DNA of 64,000 nt from an uncultured Gammaproteobacteria bacterium. Its GTDB lineage: Bacteria; Pseudomonadota; Gammaproteobacteria; GCA-001735895. This document shows positions 12,747-25,412 of this stretch, piece by piece (position 1 is the stretch's first letter; every line of letters begins with the position of its first letter). The position numbers and the translations under genes were made by a program. The stretch spans positions 13,943-77,942 of the forward strand of contig CAWCBX010000054.1 of assembly GCA_963793595.1 (NCBI GenBank), read 5' to 3'. The notes below the pieces were generated by a model, which worked only from the letters and a program-made list of their open reading frames with translations, was not told the DNA's origin and ran no database searches.

Positions 12747-13952
12747 TTAACGGTGGGCGCAAGTATAGCGCTCGATAATTAAATCGATAAGCTGTTTCGC
12801 GATTTCAGTTTTACTCGCATGCTCGATACTTTGTCGCCCTCCAGGCCAAAAAACCTCGAGCTGGTTAAAATCGATTTCAAATCCACTGCTGCTATCGCCA
12901 ACCTGATTGGCCGCAATCATATCGAGGTTTTTCTGCTTCAGTTTGCCCAGCGCATATTTTTCCAGTTGCCGGGTCTCCGCAGCAAAACCAACACAGAACG
13001 GGCGCTGCTCGAGCGCACTAACCGCAGCCAGGATATCGACGTTGGGGACCAGTTGCAGCGACATCGAGTCTGCCGATTTTTTGATTTTATGGTCTGCAGT
13101 CTGATCCACCCGGTAATCTGCAACCGCGGCGCAGGCAATAAAAATATCGCTCAGTATTGCCTGCCGCATCACCGCGTCATACATTTGCTGCGCCGACTCA
13201 ACCGCTACCAGTTGCACACCTTGTGGTGCTGCTAAAGCTACCGGGCCACTGACCAGGGTTACGCTTGCGCCCTCTTTCAGCGCGGCCTCGGCGAGGGCAT
13301 AGCCCATCTTGCCCGAACTGCGATTGCTAATATAACGCACCGGGTCAATGGCTTCCCGCGTCGGACCCGCGGTCAGCAATAATGCGACCCCATCGAGTTT
13401 TCCGGGCATAAAATGCTGCGCAACCTTATTTACCAGTTGCCCGGGTTCAAGCATGCGTCCCGGACCGACATCTCCACAGGCCTGCTCACCATCGGCCGGC
13501 CCCCACACCAGCACATTGCGGGCGCCAAGTTGATTTATATTGTCCCGGGTCGCCGCATTAGCGAACATTTGCTGATTCATCGCGGGTGCTACCGCAACCG
13601 ACTGCTTGCTCGCGAGGCACAATGTCAGCAGCAGGTTATCGGCATAGCCAGCATTCAATTTACCGAGAAAATTTGCCGACGCCGGCGCTACCAGCAACAG
13701 GTCACACCAGCGCGCGAGTTCAATGTGATCCATCGCCGAGTCGGCTTCGGCATCGAACAGGTCGCTGTAAACCCGATGACCACTAAGCGCCTGGTAGGTC
13801 AGGGGCTGCACAAATTCCTGCGCCGACGGCGTCATCACCACGCGCACCTCGGCACCCGCCTTGATCAACAGGCGCAGCAGCTCGGCGGCCTTGTAGGCGG
13901 CGATACCGCCGGTAACCCCGAGTAAAATTTTCTTGTTGATGAGTGTTTGCAT
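12747..13952 (-). CDS. coaBC: bifunctional phosphopantothenoylcysteine decarboxylase / phosphopantothenate-cysteine ligase
   Basis: I prefer the ATG at 13952 (MQTLINKKILLGVTGGIAAYKAAELLRLL). Also PAMNQQMF and SSGKMGYALAEAA. Confidence 0.9.
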   Translation of the reverse strand: MQTLINKKILLGVTGGIAAYKAAELLRLLIKAGAEVRVVMTPSAQEFVQPLTYQALSGHRVYSDLFDAEADSAMDHIELARWCDLLLVAPASANFLGKLNAGYADNLLLTLCLASKQSVAVAPAMNQQMFANAATRDNINQLGARNVLVWGPADGEQACGDVGPGRMLEPGQLVNKVAQHFMPGKLDGVALLLTAGPTREAIDPVRYISNRSSGKMGYALAEAALKEGASVTLVSGPVALAAPQGVQLVAVESAQQMYDAVMRQAILSDIFIACAAVADYRVDQTADHKIKKSADSMSLQLVPNVDILAAVSALEQRPFCVGFAAETRQLEKYALGKLKQKNLDMIAANQVGDSSSGFEIDFNQLEVFWPGGRQSIEHASKTEIAKQLIDLIIERYTCAHR

Positions 13953-13996
13953 TTGTTCTATTTTAGCGCTTGAGAACAACAGGTAAAGGAATACCC

Positions 13997-14668
13997 ATGG
14001 CAATCTCAGATTGGCCCAGTGCCGAAAGACCCCGTGAAAAACTCATTAATCGAGGCGCAAAGGCGCTCTCGGATGCCGAACTATTGTCGATTTTTCTGCG
14101 TACCGGTGTAGCCGGTAGCTCCGCAGTCGACCTCGCGCGGCAACTTTTGCTCGACTATGGCTCGTTACGCAAAATCTTCGCTGCCGACATAAAAAGTTTC
14201 TGCGCAGGTAAAGGCCTGGGGCTGGCCAAATTCGTGCAGTTACAGGCGGCACTCGAAATCGCGGGGCGACATTTTGCGGAAAACCTCGAACACGAGGATT
14301 GCCTGACCAATCCGACAAAAACCACGGATTATCTGCGTGCACGTCTGCGCGACTATGACTACGAAGTATTCGCCTGCCTGATGCTAGATAATCGTAATCG
14401 CGTGATTGCGTTCCGGGAATTATTTCGCGGCACCATTGACGGTGCCAGCGTCTATCCACGTGAAGTGGTAAAACAGGCACTGGCCGACAATGCCGCTGCA
14501 GTCATTCTGGCACATAACCACCCGTCGGGCGTCTGCGAAGCAAGCCAGGCCGACATCCGCATCACTGAGCGTCTACGAAAAGCACTCGGACTGGTTGATA
14601 TTCGCGTACTCGATCACGTCATCGTGGGCGATGGAATTACCTGCCTTTCTGAACAAGGTCTGGTCTGA
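13997..14668 (+). CDS. radC: RadC-family JAB/MPN domain protein
   Basis: I prefer the ATG at 13997 ([16 protein letters not shown]...[14 protein letters not shown]). JAMM motif [21 protein letters not shown]. Confidence 0.9.
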   Translation: MAISDWPSAERPREKLINRGAKALSDAELLSIFLRTGVAGSSAVDLARQLLLDYGSLRKIFAADIKSFCAGKGLGLAKFVQLQAALEIAGRHFAENLEHEDCLTNPTKTTDYLRARLRDYDYEVFACLMLDNRNRVIAFRELFRGTIDGASVYPREVVKQALADNAAAVILAHNHPSGVCEASQADIRITERLRKALGLVDIRVLDHVIVGDGITCLSEQGLV

Positions 14669-16859
14669 CGGAGGTTTCGAACCAGCTAGCGACCTGCTCG
14701 ACCTCTAGCGGGCGGCTAATGTAGTAACCCTGCACGTGGTCGCAATTCATTTCAGCGAGCAAATCGAAAACCGCAAGCGTTTCGACGCCTTCGGCAACGA
14801 CTTTCAAATCAAGGGTATGCGCGAGCTCGATGGTCGCCCTGACGATCAACTGATCATCCGGATTGCTGACGATATCGCGTACGAACGACTGGTCGATCTT
14901 GAGCTTTTCGACAGGTAACTCTTTCAGGTATGTCAGCGAGGCCTGGCCGGTTCCGAAATCATCTATCGACAATGACAGACCCATCACGCCGAGATGCGAG
15001 AGAACTTCGATCACTTCGCCGGGTTCCTGCATAATCTGCCCCTCGGTGATCTCGATAACGATCTGCGCGGGTTTGATCTGGTACTGCTTTAAACAAGTTT
15101 CGATACGTTCAGGCAGACGACGGTCATGCAAATCAATCATCGACAAATTGATGCCGACCGCTATGTCACCCAGGTCAGATTGGCTAATAAATTGACAGGC
15201 TGATTCGAAAATCCAGTTGGTTAGCGGTTTAATCAACTGATTTTGTTCGGCCAGACGAATGGTTTGATCGATCGAGACATCGTGCTTGTCCGGGTCCTTC
15301 CAGCGCAACAGGGCTTCGAGGTAAACGGTGGCATAGCTCTGCAGATCGACCACCGGCTGAAAAACAAGCTTGAGTTCATCGTGGTCGATCGCGCGACGCA
15401 GCTCCTGAATCATCGTAAATCCGGACGTGTCAGCTGTCTCATCGGCATCGCGGAAGAACTGGATGGGCCAATCGCTGCTCTTCGCCCCAACCAGGGCGCT
15501 ACTGGCATTCTGGTACAGGCCAGCGGCGTCAACCGCATGATCAGGATAAAGCGCAATACCGAAAAAGGCGCTTAACACAAACTCACGCCCGTGGATCTGG
15601 TAGTGCCGCGTAATCGCCAGGTAAATTTTTTCGACCAGTGTATTGAGTTGATCCCGCTGCTGCACTTCCAGCAATATCGCAAACAGGTTTCTTTCAAAAC
15701 GGGCGACTTGATCACTCTCGCGTAAAGATTCACGCAGGCCTTCGCCAACCTGCCTGAGCAGTGCATCTACAATGTACTGACCGCGTTGCTGCACGAAATC
15801 ATCCAGACCGTGAATATCTATCATGATCAGCGCATATTTCCGTCCATTGCGCTTGCCTTCGAGTATCGCCTGCGACAGCCGGTCTTCAAAAATGACCCGA
15901 TTGTTAAGACCGGTCACCGGATCACGCTTGGCCATTTTTTGCAGCACCTTGAAGTACTCGCCCATTACTTTCAACCCAGGCCTTATTTCACTGGCAGTAC
16001 CGGTATCGCTGTCCTGTTGGCTTTTCGCGGCACGCCGCATTTTCTCCGCCAGTTCCTGCAACGGCCTGATCAGATTCAGGTGTAATAACGCCAGTACCAG
16101 GACTGCAGCACATAGCAGTATCAACAACACGACCGAAGCCTGCCGTTCGAAAAGTTCCCAGAAAGATATCGGGTTCAGTTCCAGATGCAGTTCACCAGCC
16201 ACGGCATCTGTTTCCCCGACCGGGATAATTATCTGCTTGCCACGATTACCGCTAGCACTGAATTCCTGGTACTGAATGCCTTGCTGGGTATCGGCGGCAT
16301 GCTGCAGCCTGCGCCCGGACAGGAATGAAAACTCATTGAGAAAATCGAAATAGTCCATGCTCACTAGCAGCACTGCCGCGTTGTCGTCGGTCGTAACGGG
16401 CCCCGCAATTTCGAGTAAGGCTTTATCGTCGATACGGCAACTCGATATCCGTGGCACCAGGTAATCATCGAAATCCTGCCGAAGCATCTGCCCAGGCTGC
16501 AGGCAACCGGGTTTTTTCGACCTGGAAACTGGCTGACCCTGTTGATCGAATTGCACCAGGTTGACCGCCCAGATGCTTGGATTACGCTGGTAGTAATCCC
16601 AGAGAAAAGACTGGAAATTGTGCTTGCCGGCAGGCGATTTCGCCAGCGTGTTGAGCAGGTAATACTGCGACTGCAGCCATAGTTGCTGCTTTTGTTGAAG
16701 CTGCAGGATCTGAGCATGCAGATTCTGCTGCACGGTTACCGCAGTTTGCTGGTTCTGCCGATCGACCAGAACCATTAGCGACAGGCTCCACAGAATGAAC
16801 ATCAGCAGACTTAGACCCGTTACCAGGATCACGCTGAAATTCGAGATATTGAGTTTCAT
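14637..16859 (-). CDS. membrane sensor protein with a degenerate GGDEF domain and an intact EAL phosphodiesterase domain
   Basis: 740 aa with an N-terminal TM, a periplasmic region and a second TM. The GGDEF position reads [12 protein letters not shown] (GGDEF replaced by ERNLF). EAL motifs are intact: [47 protein letters not shown]. Confidence 0.85.
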   Translation of the reverse strand: MKLNISNFSVILVTGLSLLMFILWSLSLMVLVDRQNQQTAVTVQQNLHAQILQLQQKQQLWLQSQYYLLNTLAKSPAGKHNFQSFLWDYYQRNPSIWAVNLVQFDQQGQPVSRSKKPGCLQPGQMLRQDFDDYLVPRISSCRIDDKALLEIAGPVTTDDNAAVLLVSMDYFDFLNEFSFLSGRRLQHAADTQQGIQYQEFSASGNRGKQIIIPVGETDAVAGELHLELNPISFWELFERQASVVLLILLCAAVLVLALLHLNLIRPLQELAEKMRRAAKSQQDSDTGTASEIRPGLKVMGEYFKVLQKMAKRDPVTGLNNRVIFEDRLSQAILEGKRNGRKYALIMIDIHGLDDFVQQRGQYIVDALLRQVGEGLRESLRESDQVARFERNLFAILLEVQQRDQLNTLVEKIYLAITRHYQIHGREFVLSAFFGIALYPDHAVDAAGLYQNASSALVGAKSSDWPIQFFRDADETADTSGFTMIQELRRAIDHDELKLVFQPVVDLQSYATVYLEALLRWKDPDKHDVSIDQTIRLAEQNQLIKPLTNWIFESACQFISQSDLGDIAVGINLSMIDLHDRRLPERIETCLKQYQIKPAQIVIEITEGQIMQEPGEVIEVLSHLGVMGLSLSIDDFGTGQASLTYLKELPVEKLKIDQSFVRDIVSNPDDQLIVRATIELAHTLDLKVVAEGVETLAVFDLLAEMNCDHVQGYYISRPLEVEQVASWFETSVRPDLVQKGR

Positions 16860-16873
16860 AAGCCAGGCTCGCG

Positions 16874-17788
16874 TTACTCGATGTTCTGCACCTGTTCGCG
16901 CATTTGTTCGATCAATACCTTGAGATCAACCGCGAGCTGGGTGGTCAGGCTATCCTGAGATTTTGATCCCAGCGTGTTGGCTTCACGGTTGAGTTCCTGC
17001 ATCAGGAAGTCGAGCCTGCGGCCAACCGCTTCATTGCGATCGAGTACGTTTAGAACCTCCGCCACATGAGTATCGAGCCGGTCGAGCTCCTCTTCAACAT
17101 CCAGTTTTTGCGCCAGCATAACCAGTTCCTGCTCGAGACGATTTTCGTTCGCTGTTTCACGCCACTGCTTCAGTTTTTCATCGAGACTGGATTCCCATTT
17201 TTCACGCAGGGCCGCGACAATTTCCGGACGGTGCTTGCGCACTTCACCAACAATATCGCTGACCTGTGCACAACGACTGCGGATCAATTCCTCGAGCGCC
17301 TTACCCTCGGCTTCGCGACCCTGCTGTAACTGTTTGAGTGCTGCCTTGAGGCAGACTATCGCGAGCTCATCGAGCGCAGACAAATCACGCTCGACGTCGC
17401 TGATCACACCGGGCCAGGCAAGGATATCGGAGACCGACAACTTGCTGCCTTCATGCACTATATCAAGTACCTGCTGCTCTACCTTGCGCAGGCTTATCAC
17501 GATTTCCGGATTCAGGGCTATGTCGGCCTGCGGTTGCTGATCAAGCTTATAGCGCAGACCCAGGTCGACTTTGCCACGTGTCAGGTATTTCGCCACCAGC
17601 TTGCGTACCTCGGGCTCGAGTTGCCTGAAGTCTTCCGGCAGTTTGATGCCAGTCTCCAGGTAACGATGATTAACCGAGCGTAGCTCCCAGATTACTGATC
17701 CTGCATCATTGCTTTCCTGTACCCGGGCAAAGCCGGTCATGCTTCGTATCACAGCGTCATTCTCGAAAGTAGTTTCAAGCGGCATCAT
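16874..17788 (-). CDS. yicC: YicC-family stress-induced protein
   Basis: IRSMTGFARV near the N-terminus. The real start may be the GTG 12 codons downstream of the track start. C-terminus LMQELNREANTLGSKS. Confidence 0.85.
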   Translation of the reverse strand: MMPLETTFENDAVIRSMTGFARVQESNDAGSVIWELRSVNHRYLETGIKLPEDFRQLEPEVRKLVAKYLTRGKVDLGLRYKLDQQPQADIALNPEIVISLRKVEQQVLDIVHEGSKLSVSDILAWPGVISDVERDLSALDELAIVCLKAALKQLQQGREAEGKALEELIRSRCAQVSDIVGEVRKHRPEIVAALREKWESSLDEKLKQWRETANENRLEQELVMLAQKLDVEEELDRLDTHVAEVLNVLDRNEAVGRRLDFLMQELNREANTLGSKSQDSLTTQLAVDLKVLIEQMREQVQNIE

Positions 17789-17901
17789 AGCCTATTTTGC
17801 GCATTCGCTTAAGCAGCGTCTGGCATCATGCATCAATTCTTGGGGACGGCCTTCTTTCTGACGAGTATACTTGCCGCTCATTTTTATGGAGACAACCAAT
17901 A

Positions 17902-18609
17902 ATGCGACCCAGTGCTCGTGCAGTGGATGAGTTAAGACCAGTCAAGATTACGCGTAACTACATCAAGCACGCCGACGGCTCGGTGTTGATCGAGTTCGGC
18001 GATACCCGCGTCATTTGCACCGCTTCGATTGAAAATTCGGTGCCCGGCTTTTTACGCGGCAAGGGTAGCGGCTGGGTGACCGCGGAGTACGGCATGCTGC
18101 CGCGTTCCACCGGCAAACGCATGCGCCGCGAAGCCAGCAGTGGACGCCAGGGAGGACGCACCATGGAAATCCAGCGCCTGATCGGTAGAGCGCTGCGTGC
18201 CAGTATCAATACTGGAAAACTGGGCGAGCGCACTATTACCGTGGATTGCGATGTCATCCAGGCCGATGGCGGCACCCGCACCGCATCAATTTCAGGCGCC
18301 TGGGTGGCGCTGTCCGATGCGGTCCAGGGATTGATCGATGCCGGTGATCTCGAGCAGAACCCGATCGAATGCCAGGTAGCAGCTGTATCAGTGGGCATTT
18401 ACCGGGGCGAACCGGTTCTCGATCTCGACTATGCCGAAGATTCCACCGCGGACACCGACATGAATGTAGTGATGAACAATCGGGGCGGCTTTATCGAAGT
18501 CCAGGGAACTGCCGAAGCCGAGGCTTTTACAGACCATGAGTTGAATAGCATGCTGGCACTGGCGCGCACTGGCATAACACGTATTTTCGACTTCCAGACA
18601 AACGCATGA
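17902..18609 (+). CDS. rph: ribonuclease PH
   Basis: I prefer the ATG at 17902 ([42 protein letters not shown]). Also [11 protein letters not shown]. Confidence 0.95.
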   Translation: MRPSARAVDELRPVKITRNYIKHADGSVLIEFGDTRVICTASIENSVPGFLRGKGSGWVTAEYGMLPRSTGKRMRREASSGRQGGRTMEIQRLIGRALRASINTGKLGERTITVDCDVIQADGGTRTASISGAWVALSDAVQGLIDAGDLEQNPIECQVAAVSVGIYRGEPVLDLDYAEDSTADTDMNVVMNNRGGFIEVQGTAEAEAFTDHELNSMLALARTGITRIFDFQTNA

Positions 18610-19205
18610 AACAACTGGTGCTGGCATCGGGAAACCCTGGCAAATTGCGCGAGTTATCGGCAATCCTCGGCGAACTCGGCTACCAGTTGCATGCCCAGTC
18701 TGAATTCGATGTGGACGAGGTCGCCGAGACCGGCACTACTTTCGTCGAAAACGCGATCATCAAGGCCCGTCACGCCGCCGCGCTTACCGGTTTACCGGCG
18801 CTGGCCGACGATTCCGGTATCGAGGTCGACGCGCTCGACGGGGCACCGGGGGTATACAGCGCTCGTTTTTCCGGCGCCGATGCTGATGATGCTGCCAACA
18901 ATGCCTTACTGGTGGAAAAATTACGCGATGTCCCACCGGCACAGCGCACTGCACGGTATCGCGCGGTAATTGTATTGATGCGCCATGCCGCAGACCCATC
19001 ACCATTGATCTGTGAGGGCAGCTGGGAAGGCATGATCCAGCTGGAACCGGCCGGAGATGGAGGTTTCGGCTACGATCCTTACTTCTTTCTGCCCGACCGG
19101 GGATGCACCAGCGCGCAACTGAGTGCCAGTGAAAAGAACCGGCTCAGCCATCGTGGAGCGGCGCTGGCGGAGTTGAAACGTAAACTGAACGAGCAGAATG
19201 TTTAG
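18606..19205 (+). CDS. rdgB: dITP/XTP pyrophosphatase (RdgB/HAM1)
   Basis: [46 protein letters not shown] overlap with the rph stop. Confidence 0.9.
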   Translation: MKQLVLASGNPGKLRELSAILGELGYQLHAQSEFDVDEVAETGTTFVENAIIKARHAAALTGLPALADDSGIEVDALDGAPGVYSARFSGADADDAANNALLVEKLRDVPPAQRTARYRAVIVLMRHAADPSPLICEGSWEGMIQLEPAGDGGFGYDPYFFLPDRGCTSAQLSASEKNRLSHRGAALAELKRKLNEQNV

Positions 19206-20403
19206 CAGCAACCCTCCGCTCGGTCTTTACATCCATCTGCCCTGGTGCGAACAAAAATGTCCCTACTGCGATTTTAATTCCCACCAGGCCGACTCAATTC
19301 CTGAACAGGCCTATATCGAGGCATTGCTCGAAGATCTCGAACAGGATTTGCCACTGATATGGGGTCGCGGCATCGATTCTATATTCATTGGTGGCGGTAC
19401 ACCTTCGCTATTCTCGGCTGCCGCCATCGAGCAGCTGTTTTCGGGACTGCGTTCATTGCTGAATATCGCTCCTGCAATCGAAATAACGATGGAATCAAAT
19501 CCGGGCAGCGCCGATGCAGAAAATTACCAGGGCTACCGTGAAGCCGGCGTCAATCGACTGTCGATCGGGGTGCAGAGTTTCAACGATCAACACCTGAAAA
19601 CGCTCGGTCGCGTGCACAACGGCGAGCAAGCCGCGCGTGCATTTGCAATCGCGCGCAGGGCCGGGTTCGATAATATCAACCTCGATCTGATGTTCGGCCT
19701 GCCGGCGCAAAGCCTGGCCGACGCGAGTAACGATCTGGAGCAGGCGATAGCGCTCGGGCCGGAACACATATCACTCTATCAATTGACGCTCGAACCCAAC
19801 ACGCTGTTTCATCACCACCCGCCAGCGAGTATGCCGGACGATGATCTATGCTGGGAGCAACAGAACGACTGCCAGGTGCTGCTGGCCAGGCATGGTTATG
19901 ATCAATACGAAGTTTCAGCCTATGGCCTGGATAAACGTGAATGCAAACACAATTTAAACTACTGGCACTTCGGTGATTACCTCGGCATCGGCGCGGGGGC
20001 ACATGGCAAGATTACCCTTGGCGGCGAAAACCGGGTGCTACGCCGGGTACGCCAGCGTCAACCGCGCGCCTACCTCGAACGGCCTGGCAGTGACCGCATC
20101 TCAAGTGAAACTGTACTGGATGAAGATGACCTGGTGTTTGAATTCATGCTCAATGCGTTGCGGCTCAAACATGGATTCGATACCAGCCTGTTCCGCGACA
20201 ATACCGGTTTATCATTAAATTCGCTGTTACCCGGGCTGGAACAGGCACGTGATAAGGGTTTGATCGACTTCGATGGCGTAAAAATAGTCCCCACAGAGCT
20301 TGGGTTTTGTCATTTAAACGACTTGCAGGCGCTTTTTTTACAACTGCACGATGCAAAAAGAAGGCCATTTTTTGAATCTTCCGGGAAAATTACTCACAAC
20401 TGA
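19198..20403 (+). CDS. hemW: radical SAM heme chaperone HemW (HemN-like, oxygen-independent coproporphyrinogen oxidase family)
   Basis: [19 protein letters not shown] (CxxxCxxC cluster), [19 protein letters not shown]. Confidence 0.85.
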   Translation: MFSSNPPLGLYIHLPWCEQKCPYCDFNSHQADSIPEQAYIEALLEDLEQDLPLIWGRGIDSIFIGGGTPSLFSAAAIEQLFSGLRSLLNIAPAIEITMESNPGSADAENYQGYREAGVNRLSIGVQSFNDQHLKTLGRVHNGEQAARAFAIARRAGFDNINLDLMFGLPAQSLADASNDLEQAIALGPEHISLYQLTLEPNTLFHHHPPASMPDDDLCWEQQNDCQVLLARHGYDQYEVSAYGLDKRECKHNLNYWHFGDYLGIGAGAHGKITLGGENRVLRRVRQRQPRAYLERPGSDRISSETVLDEDDLVFEFMLNALRLKHGFDTSLFRDNTGLSLNSLLPGLEQARDKGLIDFDGVKIVPTELGFCHLNDLQALFLQLHDAKRRPFFESSGKITHN

Positions 20404-20563
20404 ATTATCGGCGCCAAAAATGTCAAGCGCTTTCTGATTTTTTTTACGGTCAAAAACCGGGTTTCCTAAGTCATTGATTATTATATCTTTTTAAGTTGGT
20501 CAAAAAGTGACTAATCTAACAGAAACCCAGCGTTTTACAGGCTTTGCGTAATTCCTACTTAAG

Positions 20564-20598
20564 TTATACACAAAGTTATCCACAGTTTTTGTGGATAA
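20564..20598. promoter_or_regulatory. cluster of three DnaA-box 9-mers (two direct, one inverted)
   Basis: TTATACACA (20564-20572), TTATCCACA (20576-20584) and TGTGGATAA (20590-20598). The last two form the perfect palindrome TTATCCACA-GTTTT-TGTGGATAA. All match the TTWTNCACA consensus. Confidence 0.6.
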
Positions 20599-20773
20599 AA
20601 TTGGCGCTCACAATAGGCTCAAGGCATTATGAGATTTTGGTTATAAAATACTTTAAGTTTGATTCCTAAATGAGCTCTCGAAATGACTAAAATCAACTAA
20701 AAAACACTTGCACTTTGCCCTCTAAAAGGTGAAAATTCGCGCCCTTTAGCGCTCGACCCATAGAAGTGGCACC

Positions 20774-21016
20774 ATGAAACAAGACATTCATCCCGATTAT
20801 AGAGACGTCGTATTCCAGGATATCTCGTCAGATTTTTCGATCCTGACGAAGTCCACCGTACCCACCAGGGAAACCATCACCTGGGAAGACGGCAACGAAT
20901 ATCCATTGCTAAAGCTTGAGATTTCGAGCCAGTCGCACCCCTTCTATACCGGTAAGCAACACATCCTGCAAACCGCAAAACAGGTCGACAAGTTCCGTCA
21001 GCGCTACGGTAAGTAA
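20774..21016 (+). CDS. rpmE2: 50S ribosomal protein L31 type B (non-zinc paralog)
   Basis: 80 aa with [16 protein letters not shown]...SHPFYTGKQ and no CxxC zinc ribbon, which indicates type B. Confidence 0.9.
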   Translation: MKQDIHPDYRDVVFQDISSDFSILTKSTVPTRETITWEDGNEYPLLKLEISSQSHPFYTGKQHILQTAKQVDKFRQRYGK

Positions 21017-21033
21017 TTTTTAGCAGTATCCAG

Positions 21034-21060
21034 AAAGGGTGCCAGGGCACCCTTTTTTTT
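21034..21060 (+). terminator. rho-independent terminator of rpmE2
   Basis: Stem AAAGGGTGC / GCACCCTTT with loop CAGG, followed by a T-run to 21060, about 18 nt after the stop codon. Confidence 0.8.
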
Positions 21061-21098
21061 GCCTTGAATAAAGCATTGCATCACCCAATAATCAACCC

Positions 21099-22544
21099 AT
21101 GAAGTTCGCCAGCACCCTGTTTCTCATACTGAGTCTCACACTCAGCGCCTGTGCGACCAACCCGGTGACCGGTAAAAGTGATTTCACGCTCGTCTCGGAA
21201 AACGAGGAAATCAGGCAGGGGCGCAGCTTCCACCAACAAATTATTACCGCCTATGGCGTCTATGATGACCCCGAATTACAACAATATGTGAATGGTATCG
21301 GTCAGGAGCTGGCTAGCAGGAGCCATCGCGCGCACCTCAATTTTACCTTCACGGTGCTGGACTCTCCCGATATCAACGCATTTGCCTTACCGGGTGGTTA
21401 TGTCTACATCACGCGCGGTATCATGGCCTACCTCGACTCAAGGGCCGAACTTGCCGGTGTGCTGGGACATGAAATCGGACATGTTACCGCGCGCCACTCG
21501 GTACGCCAGCAATCCGGCCAGATGGCGTCGACCCTGCTTAGCGTGTTGATTACCGCCACCACCGGCCAGTCCGGACTGGGGGATCTCAGTAACCAGCTTG
21601 GGACCGGGATGATACGCGGTTACGGCCGCGAGCATGAACTTGAAGCCGATCGCCTCGGTGCCGAATATCTGCACCTGAGCGGTTACGACCCCGAAATCAT
21701 GCTTGAAGTCATTGGCGTCCTCAAAGACCAGGAGGTTTACGAACAGGCGCTGGCAAAAAAAGAAAATCGAGACCCCAATATTTATCACGGCGTATATTCT
21801 ACCCACCCGCGTAACGATGACCGTCTCAAGACCGTGGTACGCGCCGCCAGGAATCTTTCCGTACAGACCTATCGCGATAGTGACCAGTCAGGTTATTTCG
21901 GCAAGATCGACGGTATGATGTGGGGGCCCAGCATCAAGCAGGGAATACTCGCCAATAATCTGTTCACTCATCCCGAACTCGCCTTTTCCCTGCAGCTACC
22001 CGAAACCTGGGAAGCCAACAACTACCCCGAATTTCTGCAGGCCAAAAATCCGCAAGGCGGCGCAATAGTTCAGATCGGAGTGACCAGCCTGGAAAAAGAC
22101 GAGTCACTGGAAGGCCTGCTAAAGCGAATGAGTAACAATAAAGAGCTCGAGGTCAGCAAGAATAAAAACGGGGTTAGCGCCAACATCATGGCTAAACCAC
22201 GCGATGGTGACGAGCAACCGGCCCGGATTGGCGCGATCGCACTCGATAATTCTCTGGCCCTAACCCTGCTGGGTACCTCGGCAGCAGATAAGTTCGCCGA
22301 AACCGAAAAGGCTTTGCTTGGCATCAATCAGAGTTTCCGTCGGCTCAGCCAGGCGCAAATCGACGCCATCGAGGTGCCTCGACTGCAGATCGTCAGCAGC
22401 AAATTCCAGAGCTTTGAAACCCTGGCAGAGCAAAGTGCGATCGAATACGAGGCGGTAAATATCTTGCGTTTGCTCAATCGAGCCTACCCCAACGGCGACA
22501 TAAGCAAAATTAAAAACCTCAAAACAGTAACCTATGATGACTAG
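21099..22544 (+). CDS. M48-family zinc metalloprotease lipoprotein
   Basis: Lipobox LSLTLSAC, zinc motif LGHEIGHVTARH and a downstream EADRLG. Confidence 0.85.
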   Translation: MKFASTLFLILSLTLSACATNPVTGKSDFTLVSENEEIRQGRSFHQQIITAYGVYDDPELQQYVNGIGQELASRSHRAHLNFTFTVLDSPDINAFALPGGYVYITRGIMAYLDSRAELAGVLGHEIGHVTARHSVRQQSGQMASTLLSVLITATTGQSGLGDLSNQLGTGMIRGYGREHELEADRLGAEYLHLSGYDPEIMLEVIGVLKDQEVYEQALAKKENRDPNIYHGVYSTHPRNDDRLKTVVRAARNLSVQTYRDSDQSGYFGKIDGMMWGPSIKQGILANNLFTHPELAFSLQLPETWEANNYPEFLQAKNPQGGAIVQIGVTSLEKDESLEGLLKRMSNNKELEVSKNKNGVSANIMAKPRDGDEQPARIGAIALDNSLALTLLGTSAADKFAETEKALLGINQSFRRLSQAQIDAIEVPRLQIVSSKFQSFETLAEQSAIEYEAVNILRLLNRAYPNGDISKIKNLKTVTYDD

Positions 22545-23370
22545 CCTGCGCCTCGGTATATTGCTCGGAGCTGTCCTGTTTAGCTGTCTCGTGACCGCGT
22601 CTGAATCAGCAGATTCTGCCTGCCGAAAAATCTCCGGCAAACTCGCAAGCGTCGATTACCAGGAATGTTCAGATCTCGGCATGACGCCGAGCGGCCATAC
22701 CTCGGTTGACGGCTTCCCGTTGCTAATCAAGGAATACCCACCGCTCAACAATCGCGAGCCACAGGGACGTATTCTTCTCGTCGGTGGTACGCACGGAGAC
22801 GAACTCTCATCGATCAGCATCGTATTCAAATGGATGCATACTCTCGAGAAACACCATTCAGGGTTGTTTCACTGGCGCATTAATCCGTTGATGAATCCTG
22901 ACGGCGCACTGCGCCCCGAACAACGCCGTACTAATGCAAATGGGGTCGACCTGAACCGTAACTTTGCGACGCCCGACAGCCATAATGGGGCGGCGCTCGA
23001 TTACTGGAGAGAGAAAACCTATGAAAACCTGCGTCGCTACCCGGGACCCTACCCGCTCAGCGAACCCGAAACTAACTGGTTGTCCGAGGAAATCGACAAC
23101 TTCAAACCTGATGTCGTAATCGCAGTGCATGCGCCTTATTCACTGGTAGACTACGATGCACCTGACCGCAACAACGCACCCAGACGCATCGGCTATTTGC
23201 ATAAAAACCTGATGGGTACCTACCCGGGATCGCTTGGCAACTATGCCGGGATTTATCTCGGTGTCCCGGTAGTGACCCTGGAGTTACCACACGCCGGGAT
23301 CATGCCGACCAATCAGCAAATCCGCCACCTGTGGACAGACCTGGTTCGCTGGCTGGTGCGCAATGTGTAA
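22534..23370 (+). CDS. M14-family zinc carboxypeptidase / murein peptide amidase-like protein
   Basis: Signal peptide, then LLVGGTHGDELSS, NPLMNPDG and RTNANGVDLNRNF. An MpaA-like function is inference only. Confidence 0.75.
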   Translation: MMTSLRLGILLGAVLFSCLVTASESADSACRKISGKLASVDYQECSDLGMTPSGHTSVDGFPLLIKEYPPLNNREPQGRILLVGGTHGDELSSISIVFKWMHTLEKHHSGLFHWRINPLMNPDGALRPEQRRTNANGVDLNRNFATPDSHNGAALDYWREKTYENLRRYPGPYPLSEPETNWLSEEIDNFKPDVVIAVHAPYSLVDYDAPDRNNAPRRIGYLHKNLMGTYPGSLGNYAGIYLGVPVVTLELPHAGIMPTNQQIRHLWTDLVRWLVRNV

Positions 23371-23457
23371 TTTACCGTTTTGAACTATCGCATCATTATG
23401 CCCCCTGCCGCCACCTGTCCCCTTGACGCGATTTGTGCGATATTTGGCGTAATCTAA

Positions 23458-24470
<1,013 letters not shown>

Positions 24471-24471
<1 letters not shown>

Positions 24472-25307
24472 TGGCCCCGGCCGACCAGGTCGATCGCTAT
24501 GCCGTGGTTGGTAATCCGGTTGCACACAGCCTGTCACCCCGAATTCACGCCAGCTTCGCCGCGCAAACCGCGCAAAAAATCAGTTATGACGCCATCGAGA
24601 TTCCAGTCGACTCGTTTGCAAACGGAATTCGTGATCTACAGCAAAAGGGGTTTAGCGGTGTAAATGTCACGGTTCCTTTCAAGCGCGAAGCCTGGGAGCT
24701 TTGCGATCACTTGAGCACGCGGGCACAGGATGCCGGCGCCGTTAATACGCTGAGTTTCCTGGCTGATGGCAGTGTCGCTGGCGACAATACCGATGGTGTG
24801 GGCCTGACACGTGACCTGGTGGACAATTTAGGCGTCACCATCGAGCGGCAGAAAATTCTGCTACTCGGTGCCGGTGGCGCGGTGCGTGGAGTACTCGGCC
24901 CAATCCTGGCGCTGTCACCGGATCGACTCACGATTGCCAACCGGACCCCGCAAAAAGCAGTCGCCCTGGCCCAGGATTTCAAAAAACTTGGTGAAATCCA
25001 TGCTCTAGCATATGAAACCCTCGGGTCGGCAAGCTACGACCTGATTATCAACGGTACTGCCGCAGGCCTGAGCAACCAGGTCCCACCGATTGCAGACAGC
25101 GTGTTGAGCGAAAATTCGGTTTGTTATGACATGATGTACAACATCAGCAGGGCAACCGCGTTCGTCGACTGGGCGCATGCTCGCGGGGTCAAACAGGCCT
25201 TCGATGGTCGGGGCATGCTGGTGGAGCAGGCCGCTGCGGCATTTCACGCCTGGCGCGGCATTTATCCCCGAACCGCGGAAGTTATAAAATCGTTAGGACA
25301 ATCATAA
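24471..25307 (+). CDS. aroE: shikimate dehydrogenase
   Basis: YAVVGNPVAHSLSPRIH, GVNVTVPFKREA, NTDGVGL, LLGAGGAVRG. TAATG overlap with hemB. Confidence 0.9.
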
Positions 25308-25412
25308 ATCAGCTGGTTATCGATTTTACGGTCGATGATTTCGCCACCGGTCGGTAACTTTTACACAGTTCTCCGATCAGGGCAGGCCGACCCGGAATAC
25401 TAATCCGCCAGG

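Noticed and set aside
20401-20773. The hemW-rpmE2 spacer as the chromosomal origin (oriC).
   Set aside because: There are only three DnaA boxes, no GATC sites, no clear 13-mer DUE array, and the flanking genes are atypical for an origin. It is kept only as a DnaA-box cluster of unknown role.
20600-20773. A Zur box upstream of the zinc-independent L31 paralog rpmE2.
   Set aside because: The best candidate (GTTATAAAATAC at ~20,640) matches only one half-site of the GTTATA-n-TATAAC type palindrome. It is not convincing.
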